Source of the DNA: Candidatus Bathyarchaeum sp.
Lineage (GTDB): Archaea > Thermoproteota > Bathyarchaeia > Bathyarchaeales > Bathyarchaeaceae
Reading direction: 5' to 3'
DNA: 64,000 nucleotides
Assembly (NCBI GenBank): GCA_026014495.1
Contig: JAOZIF010000131.1
Span: 206-64,205, forward strand
Shown: positions 54,791 through 64,000 of the stretch, piece after piece
How the letters are laid out: every line of letters begins with the position of its first letter
Position numbering within the stretch: position 1 is the first letter of the stretch
Notes under the pieces: generated by a model
Seen by the model: the letters and a program-made list of their open reading frames with translations, nothing else
Database searches by the model: none
Told to the model about the DNA's origin: nothing
Position numbers and translations under genes: made by a program

Positions 54791-55981
54791 ATGAACCAGA
54801 AGCTGAAGCTAGCCATCTTTAACACGCAGCCGCCTCACCTTTACTTTGGAGGCGTTGAACGCCGAATACTAGAGACCACCAAACGATTATCAAACGAATT
54901 TGACATAACAATTTACAGTGGAACAAAAAAGGGCTTCAACAAAACAATTGCACTCAACGGAACAACATTTGTCCCCTGCCACTCCACAGACATGCTTTAT
55001 CCCTTAGACAACTTGGTCTTCAACAGAACCCTCTCTAAAATGGCAAACTCCATAACAGCAGACATCTATGAAGCACACACTGTCAGCGGCTACAAGCTCC
55101 TAAAGACACTAAAAAAGAAGGGCATCAACAAGCCTTTCATACAGACCATTCATGGCGTTCTGGCAGATGAGTATATTCAATCCTCAAAAAGTGTGTCTCC
55201 CTCCCTGCGGCTAAAATTCTCTAACCTTTTCATGCGACATCTTGGGACACTCGAAAAACAAGCAGCCAGAGACGCAAACCTCATAGTTACTGTCAGCAGA
55301 TATTCAGCCGAAAAAATAGTTCAACTCTACACCGTTCCCGAGAAAAAAATACGGATAGTTCCAAACGGTGTGGACCTCCAAAAATTCAAGCCTAAAAAAG
55401 ACTGTGAAAGCATCAAGGATAAAATCGGTGTAAAAGGCAGTAATGTTGTGCTCTTTGTTGGTAACCTAATCCCCAGAAAGGGATTGCATTTTCTAATTGA
55501 AGCTGCTAAACGTGTTATCAAGGAAAATAAAGAAACAAAGTTTGTGATAGTTGGAGACGGACCACTCAAAAACAACTTGGTTTCATACTCAAAACAGCAG
55601 GGTGTTTTGGACAAGTTTGTCTTTTTGGATAACATTTCTGATGATTTGCTTCCTGACCTATACGTTTGTGCTGATGTTTTTGCTTCACCATCTGTACAGG
55701 AGGGCCAAGGTATCTCACTGTTGGAAGCTCAAGCTACAGCTAAACCAGTGGTCGCTTTCAACGTTACTGCTATAAAGGAAGTCGTAAAAAACAAAGAAAC
55801 TGGATTACTAGTTGAACCTGACAGTTACGAGCTATCCAATGCTATTTTGTCTCTTCTTTCAAACAAATCTTTAAGGGAAAAGATGGGGCATTCTGGTCGA
55901 GAATTCATTAGCAAAAACTTTTCTTGGGATATTTGTGCCCAAAAAATGTCTCAAGTTTACTCTGAAGCATCGGCTACTTGA
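54791..55981 (+). CDS. GT4-family (GT-B) glycosyltransferase
   Basis: C-terminal EGQGISLLEAQATAKPVVA E(x7)E-type motif, FVGNLIPRKG. Confidence 0.85.
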   Translation: MNQKLKLAIFNTQPPHLYFGGVERRILETTKRLSNEFDITIYSGTKKGFNKTIALNGTTFVPCHSTDMLYPLDNLVFNRTLSKMANSITADIYEAHTVSGYKLLKTLKKKGINKPFIQTIHGVLADEYIQSSKSVSPSLRLKFSNLFMRHLGTLEKQAARDANLIVTVSRYSAEKIVQLYTVPEKKIRIVPNGVDLQKFKPKKDCESIKDKIGVKGSNVVLFVGNLIPRKGLHFLIEAAKRVIKENKETKFVIVGDGPLKNNLVSYSKQQGVLDKFVFLDNISDDLLPDLYVCADVFASPSVQEGQGISLLEAQATAKPVVAFNVTAIKEVVKNKETGLLVEPDSYELSNAILSLLSNKSLREKMGHSGREFISKNFSWDICAQKMSQVYSEASAT

Positions 55982-55999
55982 CCTATTAGCCCGTCAAGC

Positions 56000-58897
56000 T
56001 CAGCTAATCAAAACTTGTGCGCTTTTGTTTCGTTTCTTAATGAAAAGATATGCCGCCACAACAATTACTGCTATAATTAGTATGACGCCTGCAGCTGTGG
56101 CGTAGTCTGTTTGCTGTTCAGATGTCAATTGTTGCGACCCAACCACCTTTAGGGTCATGTCTGCGCTGTCCATAATGTATGAAGCGCCCGAACACCAAAC
56201 AGAGACATGGCACTCTCCAGTCACATCAGGGACATACGTAAAGCTGAATGCTCCATCATTTCTGGCTGTAACCTCTATGCAGTCCACAACTCCATCAGAT
56301 TTTGTGAAAAACACTGTTATGGGCACATAGCCAATTTCAGGAGTAATTTGGCCACTCCCTGTAACTGATTCGCCCTGTTTAACTTCATACTTGTTTAGTT
56401 CAACAGAAATCTGACCATAAGTCACTTGAGTATCGTCAAGGCAGTAAACGTTCCAGTCATTATTTCCAACATACACTCTTCCCTCGTATATTGTTGGAGC
56501 AGACCACGTGTTAGAGCTGGTACCAAAGTACCCAAGTTTCTCGCCATTTGTGGCATTAAGAACATATATTGATCTTTGATCAGTCGCAACATATAACTTG
56601 CCGTCAGCATAAGATGGCGAAACATAAAGCTCGTCTCCTAGATACGTTGACCATATTGCGTTACCGTTTTTAGCGTCAACACACACTATGGAAAATTTGT
56701 CGATTAAAAACAGATTGCCCTCATTATAGATTGTGGAACATAGTATAAACTCCTCTGCACCCACGCATGTGTATATCCATTCTGTTTCACTTGTTGTTGC
56801 ATTTATTCCATAATATTCCTTTGAATTAGAAGACGCAAAAACCATGCCCTCTGCAACTGTTGGGGATGCATGCACATCAGTGCCCCCCATAAATAACACC
56901 TGATAAGGAATCGATTTTTTCCAGATGACATTACCGTTGTTTGCATCCAGTTTGTACAGGCCACCTGAAGATGACTCCTGTGAAACAATGTAAACTGCTC
57001 CATCAACAACAGACGGCGAAGACGTGATTACTCCATCAGTTTTAGTCTTCCATTTGACCTCACCGCTTTCAGCATCTAAGCAATATACGTTAGTGTCTAG
57101 TGACCCCACGTACACATTGCCGTCAACTACCGCAGGAGATGACCGCAGTAACACCGTGGCAGCAAAGTTTGCTTCGATGTAACCGCCTGCATAAGTCTTC
57201 CAGATGAGGCTGCCGTTGTATGCGTCAAGGCAGTAAATGTATCCGTCATCAGGACCAATGTAGACTTTTCCATTAACCACGGCTGGGGTTGACTTGAGTC
57301 GAGCCTCAGTCGTGAACTTCCAAATAAGCCTGCTATTTCGTGCATCTATACAGTAAACATTTTTGTCTTGGGAACCAAAATATGCTCTTCCATCTACAAT
57401 AGTTGGTGATGAAACAACAGACCCGCCTGTTGTGAATTTCCACCTTAACGTTAACTCCGCTGGACCCGACTGTCCAGCCGCGGTGTGCTCTGCATCGTGA
57501 CGCCACATCGACCATGAGTCACTGCGTATAGCCCACACTTCATCTATTGTTGTGTATTCATCACCTGAAATCGAGTCAACCGCCGTTGTCACGTTACCCG
57601 GAATAAAATACAATGTACCATATGCTATGACAACTGACTCTCTCGGAGCAAAAGACTCCATCTCAAGCTTCCATATGACTTCTCCAGTATAAGCGTCCAA
57701 GCATGCAAACTCTGACTCGCCATACTCTGTAGTATACGATTCTGCTTGACCCGTTGTGGCGTAAACTTTTCCGTCAGCAACTGTTGGGCTTCCAGGAAAC
57801 ATCAATGACCCTGGACCCTTATACTTCCACACTACATCACCAGTGTATACATCAAGGGCATACAGATGCCCGTCTTTGTTGAGCATGTAAACCATTCCAT
57901 ATGCAACTGCGGGACCTACACAGAAGTATCCATCTTCTGTATTTGCATTATATGTCCACAGAATCTCGCCATCAGTGGCATTGAAACAGTATAAGCTGTT
58001 ATCATGAGTGCCTCCCCTGAAGAACATTCCTTCATAATATGCGCCAGAGAAAAGCATGGCCCCTTTTGTTTCTGTATCCCAGATGACATCACCTGTTTTG
58101 GCGTCTAATGCAATCTGGTGAGACTCAAACGATCCCGGAAATACCTTGCCTTCCCCGTACTGTATTCCAGACCCAACAGCTCCGCCCCCCGGAACATATG
58201 TTGTCCATTCCAGTGTTGGCAAGACTGACGGGTCAGAAAAGTTCCAACCTTGAATGTACGACTCGACTTTGGTGTAAAACATTTTTTCTTCTTCACTATA
58301 GCAGTTGATGACAAAAAGAGGTGCTGAACTGGAAGCAAATTCGTTGCTGGTCCATATGATGTTTCCTGTTTCTATGTCAAAGCAGCTGCTCCCTACAACT
58401 AGGTGGATTTCATCGATTTTGTATATTTCTGGCCAGTTCTGGCTCTCAGGGAAGCTGGTGTTCCAGATTACTGCTCCTGTATCTTTGTCGAGGGCGATGA
58501 CATTTGTTTTTGTTGTAACCAAGACTTTGCCGTTGAATGCTGTTAAGTAACTTTTTATGCCCTTTACAGTCGCTTTCCAAAGGATGTCTGCGGCTTCTGG
58601 GGCTGGGCCTTCTGCATAACGTGTAAATCCTGAATCGCCGTGGATTTGTGTCCATTCGTACTGGAGCAAATCGTCGTATTCGTCTACTGTATTACTTGCG
58701 TTTGCAATTACACTCAGAGGGTTTGATATCATAATAAAAGACGATAAAATTAGTAATGAAACCAAGAGCAATGCAACGATTGCATGATGGTGCTCTGTTT
58801 TTTTCATGTTTTTCACTTCAAAGAGTCTATGTGGTAGACCGAAATCGCTATTTTTTGTGTATGATGTCTGTGACTTTGCTCGAGGTGATTTTACCAT
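56000..58897 (-). CDS. Large PQQ-like beta-propeller surface protein with Ig-like region and C-terminal TM anchor
   Basis: Many VYVG/IYCLDAxNG/WKF repeats; C-terminal TM GVILIIAVIVVAAYLFI; likely start ATG 58807 (MKKTEHHHAIVALLL). Confidence 0.85.
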   Translation of the reverse strand: MVKSPRAKSQTSYTKNSDFGLPHRLFEVKNMKKTEHHHAIVALLLVSLLILSSFIMISNPLSVIANASNTVDEYDDLLQYEWTQIHGDSGFTRYAEGPAPEAADILWKATVKGIKSYLTAFNGKVLVTTKTNVIALDKDTGAVIWNTSFPESQNWPEIYKIDEIHLVVGSSCFDIETGNIIWTSNEFASSSAPLFVINCYSEEEKMFYTKVESYIQGWNFSDPSVLPTLEWTTYVPGGGAVGSGIQYGEGKVFPGSFESHQIALDAKTGDVIWDTETKGAMLFSGAYYEGMFFRGGTHDNSLYCFNATDGEILWTYNANTEDGYFCVGPAVAYGMVYMLNKDGHLYALDVYTGDVVWKYKGPGSLMFPGSPTVADGKVYATTGQAESYTTEYGESEFACLDAYTGEVIWKLEMESFAPRESVVIAYGTLYFIPGNVTTAVDSISGDEYTTIDEVWAIRSDSWSMWRHDAEHTAAGQSGPAELTLRWKFTTGGSVVSSPTIVDGRAYFGSQDKNVYCIDARNSRLIWKFTTEARLKSTPAVVNGKVYIGPDDGYIYCLDAYNGSLIWKTYAGGYIEANFAATVLLRSSPAVVDGNVYVGSLDTNVYCLDAESGEVKWKTKTDGVITSSPSVVDGAVYIVSQESSSGGLYKLDANNGNVIWKKSIPYQVLFMGGTDVHASPTVAEGMVFASSNSKEYYGINATTSETEWIYTCVGAEEFILCSTIYNEGNLFLIDKFSIVCVDAKNGNAIWSTYLGDELYVSPSYADGKLYVATDQRSIYVLNATNGEKLGYFGTSSNTWSAPTIYEGRVYVGNNDWNVYCLDDTQVTYGQISVELNKYEVKQGESVTGSGQITPEIGYVPITVFFTKSDGVVDCIEVTARNDGAFSFTYVPDVTGECHVSVWCSGASYIMDSADMTLKVVGSQQLTSEQQTDYATAAGVILIIAVIVVAAYLFIKKRNKSAQVLIS

Positions 58898-58959
58898 ACA
58901 CTTGGTTTTTAGTATGTATTATGAATTAAAGGTTTCTAGAAGAATACCCAAATTCAGGC

Positions 58960-60444
58960 TTATTTTGATTGCAAGTTTTTGATGAATTTTCCAACAAGAT
59001 TTGGTTGATTCATTACAGACTTCAATGTTTTCCTAGGATACTTAATGTAGTTGATTATGGATATCTTTCTATACTCCTTTATTGCCCACATTGCTATCTC
59101 TTTTACATCTGTAGCTGTGAAATTTTCGGTCTCTATAAGCGGCAATCCCCAAGTTTGTCTAACTTCAGCAAAAGCCCGTGGCGTCAATTCACCTCGAACA
59201 TACCCTTTATTTGTGCACTCTTCGTGGAGTCTAGTGCCGTATGATGGCGTTGCAAAAAGAAGATGCATTCCAACGTCATATTTTCTTTTCAGCATAAGAG
59301 CAAATTTGACGGTGTTCATCATTGTTTCTTTAGTTTCACCAGGGAAACCAATGATGTAAAATGCCCCTGTTTTTAGTCCTATCTTCTTGCATCGTTTAGC
59401 AAATTTGATTACTTTCTTTAATTTTAGGTCTTTGTGGATTATGTTATCTAGAACATACTGGTCTCCAGATTCGATGCCAACAAAGACGCTTTGGCATCCT
59501 GTTTTCTTCATTTTCTTTAGAAGCTCTAACGTCAAGTAGTCTGCTCTTACGCCATTTGGTGTTTCCCACTGGAATTTGATGTTTTTTTCAATTATTTTGT
59601 CGCAAATTGCTTCAAATCTTTTTATGTCAAATGTGAGGTTGTCATCCTCAAAGTATATTGTCTTAACGTGGTATTTGTTGACCAAATACTCTATGTGACC
59701 TACAACATATTCTACTGAATGTGCTCTGAATGTCTTTCCCATGTGCAGGTGAACCGCACAGAAAACACAATTGAATGGGCAGCCCCTGCTGGTTATCATA
59801 GATAATGCGTTGCTTTGAAAGCTGCGATACTCTATTGTTGTTGGATTAAGATACTTTTCCATGTCAATTAAATGGTAAGCAGGGTAGGGTAACTCGTCCA
59901 GATTTTTGTTGAAAGGTCTTGGAGCGTTTAGCTTCACCTTTTTGTTTATACGCTGGGCTACTCCTTGTACATCGTCTATCTTCTTTTTTCCCTCAAAGAA
60001 CTTGACAATGTCTAGCATAGTGTATTCTCCCTCGCCAATTGCTACAATGTCGACGTTCTTTGTCTCTTCCAAAAATTCTGTTGGCACAACTGTTACATGT
60101 GGACCTCCAACAACAGTCAAAATACTCTGGTCTACTTCTTTGACAATGTCCGCAACTCTAATAGCGTGTTCAATTTGAGTTGTGAATGGATTTGCTATGC
60201 CTACAATGTCTGGTTTTCTTTTCTGGATTTCCTCTTTTATCATTTCATATGGCATGCCAACTTCTGTAGTGTCTCCATTTTTTCGGAATGGCACATCAGT
60301 CATGAATGCATCCAAAATTTCCGTTTCGTATCCTGCTTTGTCTAGCACCGCGGCTATATACATCAAACCTAAGGGAAGATTTGCAGCTGGCGGGTCTGAA
60401 CCTGGAAAAAACGTTTGCGGTGGATTGATGAGTAGTATCTTCAT
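58960..60444 (-). CDS. B12-binding-domain radical SAM enzyme (class B type)
   Basis: N-terminal MKILLINPP...LGLMYIAAVL B12-like domain, CPFNCVFC radical SAM triad. Confidence 0.85.
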   Translation of the reverse strand: MKILLINPPQTFFPGSDPPAANLPLGLMYIAAVLDKAGYETEILDAFMTDVPFRKNGDTTEVGMPYEMIKEEIQKRKPDIVGIANPFTTQIEHAIRVADIVKEVDQSILTVVGGPHVTVVPTEFLEETKNVDIVAIGEGEYTMLDIVKFFEGKKKIDDVQGVAQRINKKVKLNAPRPFNKNLDELPYPAYHLIDMEKYLNPTTIEYRSFQSNALSMITSRGCPFNCVFCAVHLHMGKTFRAHSVEYVVGHIEYLVNKYHVKTIYFEDDNLTFDIKRFEAICDKIIEKNIKFQWETPNGVRADYLTLELLKKMKKTGCQSVFVGIESGDQYVLDNIIHKDLKLKKVIKFAKRCKKIGLKTGAFYIIGFPGETKETMMNTVKFALMLKRKYDVGMHLLFATPSYGTRLHEECTNKGYVRGELTPRAFAEVRQTWGLPLIETENFTATDVKEIAMWAIKEYRKISIINYIKYPRKTLKSVMNQPNLVGKFIKNLQSK

Positions 60445-60661
60445 TGTGGCATCTTTAGAGATGGTGTCTTAGGATGCTTTTATCATTTTGTTGGTTTGTT
60501 AACGTATTTTTTCGTAGACCAATGGTATTTTTGTCAATCTGTGTTTCCGTTCTATTTTCTGTGCGCCTTAGACTCCATGAATTCTTGGTTACGATGCTGC
60601 TTTAAACGGAAAAGTTAAATATAATCTTGAATCCCTAAATCACTCCGGATGGTTATTATTA

Positions 60662-61723
60662 ATGGTAAAAACCGCGAGGAACAGGCCCCTTTTGTATATG
60701 ATGACTTGGCGATGTACACGGGCTTGTAATTACAATTGTGTAAATTGCAGCTTTGGTTCAAATCCTTACCCTATTAATGAGATTGATACCAAGGGTGGAA
60801 TGCGAATAGTTGATGAACTTCATGCGATGGGCGCGAAATGGTTCGGGTTGAGTGGTGGAGAGCCCCTTGTCCGTAAAGACATTTTCGAAATTATTGCACA
60901 CGCTAAAGACCTTGGGATGAATGTGAGCCTCATTTCTAACGGCTACTACGTTAAAGGGGACATCCTTGATCAGCTAATAAAAAACGAGGTCATGACTGCC
61001 ATAAGCGTTGACGGAACAGAAGCAACAAATGATATTACGCGCGGAAAAGGCTCCTATGCAACAGCGCTAAAAGCTATGGAGAAGCTGTCTGATGGCGGAA
61101 TTTTTGATTGCATCGTATCAACTCTAAATAAAAATAATTGTTCAGAAGTAGATCACGTTGCTAAGTTGGGTTACAAGTATAATGCTACGCGTGTTGTTTA
61201 TCATAATTATATTCCAGTTGGCAGAGCTCAGCATCATCTGGAGTTGGCTCCTACGCCACAGCAGTATGAAGTGGTTATGAACCGAATCTACGATTTGATG
61301 ATGGAATACAAAGATAAAATGAGTATTAACGTGTATTGTCCATTCTTTGCTAGAATCGCCAAGCAACGAGGTATGCCTGACTTTGATTATTGGTTTAACA
61401 ACGTTTTCCTTGGACAATGTTTCATTGGCGGCAGATACATGGGGCTTTTGGAGAATGGTGACATTCGACCTTGTGGCTTTAATGAAGGTTACCGTATGGG
61501 AAACATCAAAGACAAGTCAATGACCGCGCTTTGGAATGAAATGCAGACCTCAGAGTTCACAACTAAGCTCAGAGACAGAAGTAATTTGAAGGGCAAATGT
61601 GGTGTTTGTGAGTACCGCGAAATTTGTGGTGGCTGCAGAACCCGTGCAGAAACCTACACTGGAGACCTGTTTGCTTCTGACCCCGCGTGTGCGTATGTGC
61701 CTAAACTGTTGCGCGAAAAATAG
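60662..61723 (+). CDS. Radical SAM/SPASM-domain enzyme, AhbC/AhbD/NirJ-like (paralog 3)
   Basis: CNYNCVNC, GGEPLV, KGKCGVCEYREICGGCRTRAE; high identity to paralog 2 by eye (not counted). Confidence 0.85.
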   Translation: MVKTARNRPLLYMMTWRCTRACNYNCVNCSFGSNPYPINEIDTKGGMRIVDELHAMGAKWFGLSGGEPLVRKDIFEIIAHAKDLGMNVSLISNGYYVKGDILDQLIKNEVMTAISVDGTEATNDITRGKGSYATALKAMEKLSDGGIFDCIVSTLNKNNCSEVDHVAKLGYKYNATRVVYHNYIPVGRAQHHLELAPTPQQYEVVMNRIYDLMMEYKDKMSINVYCPFFARIAKQRGMPDFDYWFNNVFLGQCFIGGRYMGLLENGDIRPCGFNEGYRMGNIKDKSMTALWNEMQTSEFTTKLRDRSNLKGKCGVCEYREICGGCRTRAETYTGDLFASDPACAYVPKLLREK

Positions 61724-61741
61724 AAGGAGCTAATAAAAAAG

Positions 61742-63028
61742 TTATTTGTCAGCGAACTCCCATGCGATGTTCGCTTTCCAAAGGTCTCCCATTTTGGTTA
61801 TTTTTATCTCTTTTTCGTTTATTTCGATTAGACCCTTGTTTTGCAGTCTTTTCAGTTGCTCGGGATACACATCTTCTGGGAGCTTTCCAAATTTTTCTTG
61901 GAAATCAAGTTTATCCACTGGCAAGCGCAGGTAAAGTTTTGTCATTACTTTGCGCATCATTTCTTTTTGTGTAGATTCTGAAAGTTTTGCGATTGGGAAT
62001 TTTCCCTCGTTGACGGCTGCTATGTAATCTTGTGCGTTTTCGATGTTAGAGTACGAAAATCTTTGAAGATATCCCATGAAACATCCTGCTCCTGTTGTTA
62101 GGATGCCTGCCCATGGCCATCCGTTTAAGCAGTTTTCTTTGGCGTGCCATTCATCTCGGGAGTAACGGTCGTGACCTATTGGTTTGTAGCCTGCTTCTGT
62201 GAAAAGTTCGTATCCTGCGACGTACATTTGTTTCTCTAATTCTTTGTCACATTGCGGCGGAACTTTTCCTTCTTTGAGTTGTTTATCTAGCATTGTTCCT
62301 GGGCTGACTTCAAGGCAGTATGCGTCAACTTCTGCGTCTAGTTCGATTGCTTTCTTTACTGAGTCTGTCCAGCTTTCCAATGTTTGTCCTGGAATGTTGT
62401 ACATTATGTCGATGCATACGCACAGTCCAAGTTTTCGGGCAAGTTTTATTTCGTTTGCTACATGTTCTGCACTGTCTGGGAGGTTTAGCATTTTTCTGAG
62501 TTTGTCGTCGAAAGTTTGTGCTCCCATGTCTACTTGATAGACGCCATATTCTGCGGCTGCAACTAGTTTTTCTTCTGAAAAGCTTCTGGAGGAGCCTGTG
62601 ATTTTGATAAAATAATCATCTGTTGTGGTGAAGTTGTCTTCACAGAATTTTATGAGCCCAAACATCTGCTCTTTAGTCATGAGGCTTGGGGTTCCTCCGC
62701 CTAGAACTATTTCGTCAAATTCGCTGGTTTGGACGTACTTTGTTTTGGCGTACATCATTAGCTCTTTTCTTAGTGCCTCAAGATACGGTTCCATCATGCT
62801 GCTAGAGTATGGGTTGTTTGGGTAGTAACAAAATGTGCATCTGGAATCGCAGAATGATATCCATGGCTGGAGCTCCATCACTTTGTTTGATGTGTTCTCG
62901 GTTGCCAAGAACTCCATGAACGCGTTATATGTTTCAGGTGCGATATCCGCGTAATCCCTGTATGTGTACGGAGGCCAGCTCTCTCTTGAGTTGTATGTAT
63001 TTTCTTTTTCTGGGATGGACCCTTTCAT
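61742..63028 (-). CDS. HemN-like (coproporphyrinogen-dehydrogenase family) radical SAM enzyme
   Basis: CDSRCTFCYY triad, GGGTPS, HemN_C-like tail; ATG 63028 preferred over upstream TTG 63169. Confidence 0.8.
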   Translation of the reverse strand: MKGSIPEKENTYNSRESWPPYTYRDYADIAPETYNAFMEFLATENTSNKVMELQPWISFCDSRCTFCYYPNNPYSSSMMEPYLEALRKELMMYAKTKYVQTSEFDEIVLGGGTPSLMTKEQMFGLIKFCEDNFTTTDDYFIKITGSSRSFSEEKLVAAAEYGVYQVDMGAQTFDDKLRKMLNLPDSAEHVANEIKLARKLGLCVCIDIMYNIPGQTLESWTDSVKKAIELDAEVDAYCLEVSPGTMLDKQLKEGKVPPQCDKELEKQMYVAGYELFTEAGYKPIGHDRYSRDEWHAKENCLNGWPWAGILTTGAGCFMGYLQRFSYSNIENAQDYIAAVNEGKFPIAKLSESTQKEMMRKVMTKLYLRLPVDKLDFQEKFGKLPEDVYPEQLKRLQNKGLIEINEKEIKITKMGDLWKANIAWEFADK

Positions 63029-63192
63029 GTTAATTTCCCCAGATGGTGGTTTAATACAATATTTACGGATAATATAAACTTGCGTTTTTGATTGTGCTAT
63101 GTTGTTTTTCAGAAAAACTTGTTCTGTTACTATTGCGTTACTAATGTGCGTGTGAACTTTTGGAAGCAAATGTGTGTTGTGCTGAAATTTTC

Positions 63193-63241
63193 AGAAAAAA
63201 AGCTGTTTTTCAACAATATACCTCTATTAGGAGACTAATAT
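63193..63241 (-). repeat. Two-hairpin intergenic repeat, copy d (subtype AGGTAYATTGTT), opposite orientation
   Basis: Minus strand: TATTAG-TCTC-CTAATA, AGGTATATTGTT, GAAAAA-CAGC-TTTTTTTC. Confidence 0.7.
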
Positions 63242-63329
63242 GCTGCACAAACGTGTGAATAAAGTATGTCAATAACGTGCGCCTGTTCTGTTACATATTG
63301 GCCTGATTGTGTTGCTCTGTTTTGTTGTG

Positions 63330-64000
63330 TTATATGTATTTGACGCTCTTTTTTAGGACACTTATGATTCCGTCTTCTCTGATTTTTCGTAGTATCCTCT
63401 TTGGTGACCTGTTAAATGTCATGTGGAATCTTTGCTGAATCTCAGACACCATTTCGTAGTCAAACTCTTTGGTCTTAACGTAAGTCACAAAGTCTTCAAC
63501 ACGGTCATAGAGTCCATTCTCTATCACTTCATCATACAATTTGCTGCCCGGAACCGCGACGTATGTATTGAACTGGCACCAGTCAGGGTCCAGTTTTCTT
63601 GCAAACTTGAATGAGGCTTTCATGTCGTTGACTGTTTCTCCAGGTATTCCCAGCATGAATGAGCATGCTGTTCGTATTCCTTCTTCTTTACATAACTTGA
63701 ATGTTTGAGTGATTTGTTCGATGGTGATTTTTTTGTTGAGTTTTTCTAAAATGCGTGGAACCCCTGACTCTACTCCCAGCCATATTGTCTGGCATCCAGC
63801 AGTCTTCATTTCTCGTAGCAGTTCTCGCGAAATCTGGTCGACTCTGGCGTCGCATCCCCATTTGATGTCCAGTTTCTCCTTTTTTATTAGGCTGCATAGT
63901 TCTGCTGTTCTTTTCTTGTTTATGGTGAAGTTATCGCCTACAAAATATACTCCGTTTGAGCCAAAGTTCTGTGTTAGGTGTTTGATTTCTTCTACAACTC
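63330..64000 (-). CDS. B12-binding-type radical SAM enzyme, C-terminal part (5' end beyond window)
   Basis: My extension of the reading frame upstream of 63809 stays open to position 64000 (…GDNFTINKKRTAELCSLIKKEKLDIKWGCDARVDQISRELLREMKTAGCQTIWLGVESG), typical class-B radical SAM barrel. Confidence 0.75.
   Translation of the reverse strand, partial: VVEEIKHLTQNFGSNGVYFVGDNFTINKKRTAELCSLIKKEKLDIKWGCDARVDQISRELLREMKTAGCQTIWLGVESGVPRILEKLNKKITIEQITQTFKLCKEEGIRTACSFMLGIPGETVNDMKASFKFARKLDPDWCQFNTYVAVPGSKLYDEVIENGLYDRVEDFVTYVKTKEFDYEMVSEIQQRFHMTFNRSPKRILRKIREDGIISVLKKSVKYI

Noticed and set aside
60577-60618. 13-codon ORF MNSWLRCCFKRKS 45 nt upstream of radical SAM paralog 3 (possible SPASM substrate peptide)
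   Set aside because: There is no SD or promoter evidence and no equivalent peptide upstream of paralogs 1 or 2. It is too short to distinguish from chance. It would only be worth revisiting if conserved in relatives.

Overview
Gene-dense, moderately AT-rich fragment (roughly 40% GC by eye, not computed) that reads as an uncultivated anaerobic archaeon. Support for this: membrane-inserted LonB, CTP-type RibK and RibL, Dph5, Trm5, an intron-bearing tRNA, BRE/TATA-like promoters and oligo-T terminators. A Bathyarchaeia-like lineage is only a guess. No CRISPR array, transposase, integrase, restriction or toxin genes were recognised. 1-30.7 kb is mostly housekeeping: ferritin-like protein, tRNA-Ser, CopB-type Cu-ATPase, purE, proC, lonB, flavodoxin, an IPMDH-family dehydrogenase, a 16-blade PQQ-like beta-propeller surface protein, ribK(rbkR)/ribL, dph5, trm5 and glmS. 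This part also holds a clear heliorhodopsin next to an ABC exporter-like pair. 30.8-64 kb is an accessory-looking region with a cobamide and radical-SAM theme. It has a BtuFCD-like importer with two binding proteins and a fused ATPase, followed in the same direction by two AhbC/AhbD/NirJ-like radical SAM/SPASM genes. Next come two giant GT-C-like membrane paralogs, cobS, a minimal corrinoid protein plus an MtrH-like methyltransferase, and cbiZ with an extra domain. It also has a small ferredoxin, a divergent C-N hydrolase / glutaminase-less AsnB-like pair, a GT4 and a second PQQ-propeller protein. It ends in a run of four radical SAM genes: B12-type, SPASM, HemN-like, B12-type. The best candidate for something undescribed is three paralogs of an unassignable ~300-aa Cys4 (C...CxCxxC) protein family interleaved with the cobamide genes at 48.2-52.9 kb. 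Other notable sequence-level signals:
- a four-copy, two-hairpin intergenic repeat family found just downstream of stop codons;
- a 179-nt tract that is 100% identical between two radical SAM paralogs 23 kb apart (gene conversion);
- several perfect 19-bp palindromes at promoters in the importer/radical-SAM locus;
- a tRNA with a 26-nt insertion that I could not fold into a canonical bulge-helix-bulge motif.
All functional calls come from motif reading of the supplied translations. No database search was run.
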